DNA of 32,688 bases from Candidatus Beckwithbacteria bacterium (lineage in GTDB: Bacteria; Patescibacteriota; Microgenomatia; UBA1400; UBA1449): the NCBI GenBank assembly GCA_012798485.1, contig JAAZND010000027.1:1-32688 (forward strand), read 5' to 3'. Both the position numbers and the translations under genes were made by a program. The notes below the pieces were generated by a model. It made no database searches. It was not told the DNA's origin and saw nothing but the letters and a program-made list of their open reading frames with translations. Shown in pieces: positions 27,117 through 32,688 of this stretch (position 1 is its first letter; every line of letters begins with the position of its first letter).

Positions 27117-27198
27117 TAAAATACGCTTATCATTATTCAAATTTAAATATTTAAACGGACTTAATCTTTAAGATTATATTTAAAGATTAAACTAGGAA

Positions 27199-27876
27199 AT
27201 GGCAAATAAAATTATTCTAAAAGCTTATAAAAGAGAATTAGTTGGTAAAAAAGTGAAAAAATTGAGAAAAGAAGGCAAAATTCCTGCCAATATTTATGGG
27301 AAAAACATTGCTTCTCAAGCAATTATGGTTGATCTTCTAGATTTTAAAACTGTTTATAAAAGCGCAGGTGAAACTTCCATTATTAGCCTGCAGCTTGAAA
27401 ATGAAGAAAAAGATAGACCAGTGTTGATCGCTGATCTTCAAGCTCATCCAATTGATAAAAAAGTTTTACATATTGATTTTCGCCAAGTAGATTTGAAAGA
27501 AAAAATTACTGCCAATATTCCACTTGAATTTGTAGGGAAAGCTCCAGCCGAAACGCTGGGGGCTTCTATTGTACCTATCAGACAAGAAGTTGAAGTCGAA
27601 GCCTTACCAACCGATTTGCCAGAGAAATTTGAAGTGGATTTAAGCAAGTTGACAGAAATTGGTCATACCCTAACTGTTAAAGATTTGGTAGTAGATACTG
27701 CTAAAGTCAAAATTTTAACAGAAGAAGGGGAAGTTTTAGTTAAAGCTGAGGAACAAAAAGAAGAAGTGGTGGAGGAAGCTCCAGCAGAGGCTACTACCGA
27801 AGAAGGCGCTGAAAAAGTCGGTGAAGAGGTAAAGAAGGAAGGAACTAAAGAAGAAGCCAAACAAGAAACTAAATAA
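27199..27876 (+). CDS. rplY: 50S ribosomal protein L25 / Ctc (long form, acidic tail)
   Basis: LRKEGKIPANIYG, QAHPI...LHIDF, VEALPTDLP. Confidence 0.95.
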   Translation: MANKIILKAYKRELVGKKVKKLRKEGKIPANIYGKNIASQAIMVDLLDFKTVYKSAGETSIISLQLENEEKDRPVLIADLQAHPIDKKVLHIDFRQVDLKEKITANIPLEFVGKAPAETLGASIVPIRQEVEVEALPTDLPEKFEVDLSKLTEIGHTLTVKDLVVDTAKVKILTEEGEVLVKAEEQKEEVVEEAPAEATTEEGAEKVGEEVKKEGTKEEAKQETK

Positions 27877-27898
27877 TAAAAATTGCTTTGAATTTTTT

Positions 27899-27924
27899 AA
27901 AACCCCGCTTTAGCGGGGTTTTTT
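27899..27924. terminator. Bidirectional intrinsic terminator
   Basis: AAAACCCCGC-TTTA-GCGGGGTTTTTT between convergent genes. Confidence 0.9.
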
Positions 27925-28744
27925 ATTGGCAAATGTGTAAATACTGATCTTCGATTTGAGGGTTAAGCCATTTGACTAAAGTGATTGTTTGTTGACAATT
28001 GCTTGTCTGCTTTAGCTCTGACTCAAGCTTAGCTTTTTGTAAAAGCAAGGTCAGAGAATATGGGTATTTTCCTAATTTTTGATCAATTTCTGCCAAAAGT
28101 TTTTTTTGTCTGGGGATAAACTCGACCAAATTGATTGTTTGTTGCATTTTTTTTTCAAAAAAAATATTCAGATAAAATTTTTTTAAAAACTGATTTTGTT
28201 GTTTGCCAATCTTGAGGAATTGTTGTGCTAGTTCTGCTTGTCCAAAATTCAAACTTTGAGAAGCAAAATCAAAAGAGCTGGAAGGCAAGGAAGGAAAAAA
28301 GTTTAAGTTTTGAATTTCCTGCTTAAAAGGTTGCTGGGCAAGTCGATTATTTAAAACAAAAAGATTAAGAAAGTAAGAAGACAAAAAGAAAGTAATTAAA
28401 AAATAAAAACGATAATGCCAAGTAAAATGCAGGATTTTCCTGCCCATCTTTTTGAATAAATATTTGAGAGTTTTGTAAATTTTTAAACAAAACAGATTTG
28501 CCTTTTTCAATAATTTAACAAAAAGAACTTGCAGATATTGATAAATTTTAAAATTTTTGTGAATCTGTTCTTTAAAGGACTCGGATTTTTCTAGTAAGAT
28601 TTTTTTACTATAAAGAAGTAAATTTTTAATTTTTTTTAAAAACAATTTAATGTTTTGTTGATAATATAAGATTTTTTCTTTTTGAACTTCTGTTTTTTGC
28701 TGCTGTTTTTTAATTTCGGCAATAATTTCTCTTCGATTTTTCAT
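27923..28744 (-). CDS. Hypothetical membrane protein (basic N-terminal helices, one TM, TPR-like C-terminus)
   Basis: 273-aa ORF co-oriented with uppS. TM FYFLITFFLSSYFLNLFVL; C-terminal 'KYPYSLTLLLQKA...WLNP' is TPR-like. Confidence 0.6.
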   Translation of the reverse strand: MKNRREIIAEIKKQQQKTEVQKEKILYYQQNIKLFLKKIKNLLLYSKKILLEKSESFKEQIHKNFKIYQYLQVLFVKLLKKANLFCLKIYKTLKYLFKKMGRKILHFTWHYRFYFLITFFLSSYFLNLFVLNNRLAQQPFKQEIQNLNFFPSLPSSSFDFASQSLNFGQAELAQQFLKIGKQQNQFLKKFYLNIFFEKKMQQTINLVEFIPRQKKLLAEIDQKLGKYPYSLTLLLQKAKLESELKQTSNCQQTITLVKWLNPQIEDQYLHICQ

Positions 28745-28759
28745 GTTAATAAGGGTTTT

Positions 28760-29458
28760 TTAAGCTCCCCTTCGGCGTTCTCTTTGACTATAATCTGCTA
28801 AAATTTGATCAAGTTCTTGAGTAGTTAAATCCGGCATAAGAGTTTGGGTAAAACTAAGCTCACTATATTGATTTTGCCATGATAAAAATCCAGAAAGTCT
28901 TTGTTCTCCGCCAGTGCGAATAATTAAATCAGGATCGGGCACAGAAGCAGTATCTAAAAATTGGACAAAATCTTCTTCAGTTAAGTTTTCAATATTACTT
29001 TGATCATATTTACCAGACTTGATCATTTTTTTGATTGCTCTTACGATTTCATCTCTACCGCCATAATTAAGCGCAATTGTCACTGTTAGTTTAGTATTTT
29101 GCGCTGATGCTTGAGCTTTCTCATTAATAGCTTTGACAAGATCTGTTGGGATTTTGGACAAATCACCGATAGTTTGTAATTTAATTCCTGCCTGATTGTA
29201 TTTGTCAGCATTTCTTTGAGTTAGTTCTTTTAAAATTGTAAAAATAGCGTTAGCAAAATCCTGACCTCTTTTCCAGTTTTCAGTTGAAAAAGCCCAGAAA
29301 GTGAGATAAGGAATGCCTAAGTTAAGGCAGTGAAAAATAAGCTCATCAATTTTTTGATTAGCCACAAATTTGTGACCAGCAATAACGGGTAGTCCTTGTT
29401 TTTGTGCCCAACGGCGATTACCATCGACAATAAAAGCAATATGTTTGGGATAGTTCAA
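28760..29458 (-). CDS. uppS: Undecaprenyl/polyprenyl diphosphate synthase
   Basis: PKHIAFIVDGNRRWA, AFSTENWKR, NYGGRDEI, PDPDLIIRTGGEQRLSGFL. Confidence 0.96.
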   Translation of the reverse strand: MNYPKHIAFIVDGNRRWAQKQGLPVIAGHKFVANQKIDELIFHCLNLGIPYLTFWAFSTENWKRGQDFANAIFTILKELTQRNADKYNQAGIKLQTIGDLSKIPTDLVKAINEKAQASAQNTKLTVTIALNYGGRDEIVRAIKKMIKSGKYDQSNIENLTEEDFVQFLDTASVPDPDLIIRTGGEQRLSGFLSWQNQYSELSFTQTLMPDLTTQELDQILADYSQRERRRGA

Positions 29459-29509
29459 AGTAAATGGCTAAATTGTCAAATTGTTAATTTATTTAACTTA
29501 TTTTACAAT

Positions 29510-30256
29510 TTAAAAACCTAGATTTAAGCCACCAATATATTGAATAATCTGCATGAGCCAGAAAGAGACAAAGATAATGATGAAACCAATTATAGCAGAG
29601 GTAAGAGTTTTTTGTCCCTTTTCTATTTTTTCTTGATTACCAGCAGAGGTAAGAAGATTAAAACCAGAGAAAAGGATAAGTAAAAACAAAACTACTCCAG
29701 CAATAGCTAAGAAGTATTTAAAGACAATAGAAATCACATTTCCTAGATTTCCATATTTTGTGCTAATTGAATCTGAAAGCTCAGAAATTTTAAAACTAGA
29801 AGAGGAACCTTTATTGTCATATTGAGGAGCTGGCTCAATATCTGAAGTTTTTGTTATAGGTCCAGCAGCAAATCCATCCTTTATTTTTGTATCATCTTGT
29901 TTTGTATTGATGTTTTTAGGATAAAAGTAGACTTGATATGTATTGTCTTTGTAGTAACAAGTAGCTTTACTATAATCATTATTAGAAAAGCCTGTTTCTG
30001 CCGTAACCCAATCTTTAAAATTGGGTGATTCTCTACATTCTTTTTCTGTTTTACTTAAACTAGCATCTTCTAAAATTGGCAAATTACACGATCCTTCTAG
30101 ACATTTTAAACCATTATTACAAGTTCCAGAAGAAAAAGTTCCAATAGAATAGCAACATGGTTGGCTTTCCCCACCACAATCTGCAGCATAGAGCACTTTA
30201 TCAAAAATGATAAATAAACAAATGAGGATAATTGGTAAAAAAATGAATTTGTTCAT
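29510..30256 (-). CDS. Pilin-like protein (C-terminal VirB2/TrbC-like two-TM tail) with Cys-rich N-terminal domain
   Basis: Signal-like MNKFIFLPII..LYA, CGGESQPCC, and C-terminal SG..LTSAGNQEKIEKGQKTLTSAIIG. Start 30256 is preferred over 30295. Confidence 0.78.
   Translation of the reverse strand: MNKFIFLPIILICLFIIFDKVLYAADCGGESQPCCYSIGTFSSGTCNNGLKCLEGSCNLPILEDASLSKTEKECRESPNFKDWVTAETGFSNNDYSKATCYYKDNTYQVYFYPKNINTKQDDTKIKDGFAAGPITKTSDIEPAPQYDNKGSSSSFKISELSDSISTKYGNLGNVISIVFKYFLAIAGVVLFLLILFSGFNLLTSAGNQEKIEKGQKTLTSAIIGFIIIFVSFWLMQIIQYIGGLNLGF
29529..29668. repeat. 140-bp perfect direct repeat, copy 1 (identical to 31301-31440)
   Basis: Base-by-base identity from CCACCAATAT to AAAACCAGA, offset 1772 nt. 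Confidence 0.92.
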
Positions 30257-30260
30257 AAGC

Positions 30261-31205
30261 TTAGAATCCAGGTATTTGTAATATTTGTACACCAATTAAT
30301 TTAAGCAAAAAGATAGCAAAAATAATAAAGAGCAAACCACTAACAGCAGAGAAAATGGTATCCTTGGCTTTATTAATATTTTCTGGATTACCAGTGGAGG
30401 TGATCAAAGAAATACCACCCATAACAATAAGAAGAAAAGCTATGCCTCCACCAATACCAACAGCAAAAGTCAAAAGCCAGTTAATAAATCCTCTTGGTTC
30501 ATAAGGCAGACAACCTAGAGCAGTTTTAATACCTGCGCCATATGAATTAGAACAGTTTTGAACATAAATCTTCATCGGGTCTATGGCTTGTCTACAGTCA
30601 CAGGTTGGTTTTCCATCAGAATCAATATTTGTGACAGCTTCCAATACATTAGGACATCGATTATTTTTATCACAAGATTGAATAATATCTTTAGATAAAC
30701 ATTTTTCAGTTGTTGGATCATAAATCATTCCTTTGGCTTCACATTGTTCTTTTTTTGAATTTTTAATACATTTACCGTATCCTCCAGAAGAATTCCCCCC
30801 ACTAGAAGTATTACATACTAAATCTGAGCTTTTGCAAAAAGGAGCTGCTGGACAACAATCACTTCCTTCCTTGATTCCACAATTATTAGTTGATGAGTTT
30901 TTAGGTTTACATATGTTTCCTTCACAATATTCAGTCGAATTGTCACATTGATCTTCAAATATTGATAAATTTTCAAGCTGACAATCTGCATACATACCAA
31001 GATCTATATATTTACTGATTTGGCAACCATTTCCATTGTCTGTGGGGACTAAAGGAATTTGACATATCGATGGGTTAGTATTCTCTGGTTTGGATGATGC
31101 TTGAAAGTATGATGGGCAGCAATCTTTTGCTAAAATACCCTGCTTAAAAAAAAATATAAAGGTAAAGATAAATAAAAAAACAAAAAATATTTTTATACTT
31201 TTCAT
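30261..31205 (-). CDS. Pilin-like protein with highly Cys-rich N-terminal region
   Basis: Signal-like MKSIKIFFV..ILA, about 20 Cys, GIKTALGCLP, and C-terminal TSTGNPENINKAKDTIFSAVSGLL. Start 31205 is preferred. Confidence 0.8.
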   Translation of the reverse strand: MKSIKIFFVFLFIFTFIFFFKQGILAKDCCPSYFQASSKPENTNPSICQIPLVPTDNGNGCQISKYIDLGMYADCQLENLSIFEDQCDNSTEYCEGNICKPKNSSTNNCGIKEGSDCCPAAPFCKSSDLVCNTSSGGNSSGGYGKCIKNSKKEQCEAKGMIYDPTTEKCLSKDIIQSCDKNNRCPNVLEAVTNIDSDGKPTCDCRQAIDPMKIYVQNCSNSYGAGIKTALGCLPYEPRGFINWLLTFAVGIGGGIAFLLIVMGGISLITSTGNPENINKAKDTIFSAVSGLLFIIFAIFLLKLIGVQILQIPGF

Positions 31206-31281
31206 AATTATTTTAAAAACACAAAATTTGTATATCTGATATGTTAATTTTACTGGAACTAAGCTTAAGAAGCAATGTGTT

Positions 31282-32679
31282 TTAAAAACCAAGGTTAAGT
31301 CCACCAATATATTGAATAATCTGCATGAGCCAGAAAGAGACAAAGATAATGATGAAACCAATTATAGCAGAGGTAAGAGTTTTTTGTCCCTTTTCTATTT
31401 TTTCTTGATTACCAGCAGAGGTAAGAAGATTAAAACCAGAAAAGAGCATAAGAAGGAATAAAATAATTCCGGTAAAGCCCAAAAAATATTTAAAAACAGC
31501 AGAAACTACAGCCCCTAGATTTTCATATTTTGCATTGATGGGATCTGAAAGATTTGAAATAGAAAAATTGGAATTATTTCCTGATGAATTATTTTTCAAT
31601 CCCTCGATGCGATTATTTAATTCCTGAGAATGAGGATTCAGACTTTGAGATTCTTTAGCTAGAGAACTAGCATTACCTTGATGATTAGTTGTGGAACCTT
31701 TTGAAGAAGTTGTATTACCTCCAGTACCTTTGTTATATGGGGAGTAATCATAAGGTTTAGCTAGAGAGCTGGCGTTGCCAGTATAAACAGAAGCTTCTGT
31801 TGTTAGTGATTCTCTATTTCCATTTTTATAATAAGGAGAATAATAGGCATTTTCATAATAACAGACTTGTTGAGATTCTATAAATTGTCCATCAGTAGCT
31901 ATACATGTTTCTTCAATTGACATTTGCTTGATTAGATTAGGGTTATTTATAGCATCATCCCCTGGATAATCAGGAGTCCCAGTAGTATAAAAACAAATTC
32001 CCTCAGAGATAAATCCTCCAGTTAAAGCACATAAGGCTTCATCAGAAATAATCATAGGTCCTGGATAGCTTGTCCCCGCCTTGCTATAATTATTAGGGAT
32101 TTCTTGGGCTATACTGGTTAGATCTTCTTGGATATCAACTTCCTCTTCCGGTAAAAGTTGAATGGTTTCCAATGGATTTATACTTGAGTAATCTACTGTG
32201 TTTTGGATTGTTTCAAGATTTATCAGTCTATATGGAGCAAGACATCCTTGTCCCGCCACCCATATTTTATTATTTTGTTGACAAGTATTGCTTAGATTTT
32301 GTCCAATATCTGAATTATACTCAAAAATATCAAGGCTATTTATTGTTATGTCAGTATTTGTATCGTTTTGAAAAGTGAGACTGTTTTGATAGACACAGTT
32401 ATTGTTTTCCAAAACACCTTTTTCACAAGTGCCGTTGGTAGGGTAATAGAGAGTGTTGCATTCAAGAGTATATTCATTCTGGGTAAGACCTTGAGAAAAG
32501 AATAGCTCACCATTTTCACTAATACAGTTTTGACTAAAGTTGGCGATATATTGATTGATAGGATCAGAGAAAGCTAAAATTTTTTCATCAGTTAGAATAA
32601 GAAAAATATTAAATAAAAAAAATAACACAATAAATATGCTGACATGTTTAATTTGTGTTGTGATTTTTTGATTGTTCAT
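31282..32679 (-). CDS. Pilin-like protein with large acidic, Cys-containing N-terminal region
   Basis: Signal-like N-terminus ending KILA, Cys pairs, a S/T/G/N-rich linker, and the same C-terminal pilin tail as 29510..30256. Confidence 0.78.
   Translation of the reverse strand: MNNQKITTQIKHVSIFIVLFFLFNIFLILTDEKILAFSDPINQYIANFSQNCISENGELFFSQGLTQNEYTLECNTLYYPTNGTCEKGVLENNNCVYQNSLTFQNDTNTDITINSLDIFEYNSDIGQNLSNTCQQNNKIWVAGQGCLAPYRLINLETIQNTVDYSSINPLETIQLLPEEEVDIQEDLTSIAQEIPNNYSKAGTSYPGPMIISDEALCALTGGFISEGICFYTTGTPDYPGDDAINNPNLIKQMSIEETCIATDGQFIESQQVCYYENAYYSPYYKNGNRESLTTEASVYTGNASSLAKPYDYSPYNKGTGGNTTSSKGSTTNHQGNASSLAKESQSLNPHSQELNNRIEGLKNNSSGNNSNFSISNLSDPINAKYENLGAVVSAVFKYFLGFTGIILFLLMLFSGFNLLTSAGNQEKIEKGQKTLTSAIIGFIIIFVSFWLMQIIQYIGGLNLGF
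31301..31440. repeat. 140-bp perfect direct repeat, copy 2 (identical to 29529-29668)
   Basis: Base-by-base identity with copy 1. Confidence 0.92.
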
Positions 32680-32688
32680 AATTTTTTC

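Noticed and set aside
29529-31440. 140-bp repeat pair as a DGR template/variable repeat or a CRISPR
   Set aside because: The copies are identical with no adenine-specific mismatches, there is no reverse transcriptase or cas gene, and there is no repeat-spacer periodicity.
1823-32378. Short antisense or overlapping ORFs in the track (e.g. 1823..2038, 2045..2290, 12444..12719, 14310..14534, 19064..19285, 22560..22961, 23154..23588, 27444..27860, 30733..31000, 32172..32378)
   Set aside because: Shadows of well-supported genes, with no recognisable motifs.

Overview
AT-rich chromosomal window spanning the replication origin (dnaN-oriC-dnaA | rpmH-rnpA-yidC-jag) of what looks like a Patescibacteria/CPR (Microgenomates-like) bacterium; this assignment is inferred from the PrgI-VirB4 cluster, VirB2/TrbC-like pilins, a DUF4012-type protein and split transketolase. 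Left to right it holds: the left end of an IS30 element inserted in a frameshifted Asp/Glu racemase gene that follows a T-box riboswitch; two CAU-anticodon tRNAs; divIC-like, xer-like and serine hydrolase genes; a pgk-rpe...tkt-tkt-pfkB sugar cluster; the PrgI/VirB4 operon; the origin; flippase, O-antigen ligase-like, RNase HI, SDR-DUF4012 fusion and rplY; uppS; and three pilin-tail genes. The best candidate for an undescribed system is a ~3 kb islet (6470-9470) that splits the sugar cluster. Two inward-pointing fluoride (crcB-class) riboswitches, each with its own terminator, control a dynamin-like GTPase plus a 66-aa membrane protein on one strand and a prenyltransferase-repeat alpha/alpha-barrel protein on the other, and no fluoride exporter is visible in the window. 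Other highlights are a T-box with an ultrashort Stem I but a transcription terminator, an archaeal-like initiator tRNA, repeated leaderless-type promoters, and a 140-bp identical tract shared by two pilin genes. All calls come from reading the sequence by eye; no database searches were run.
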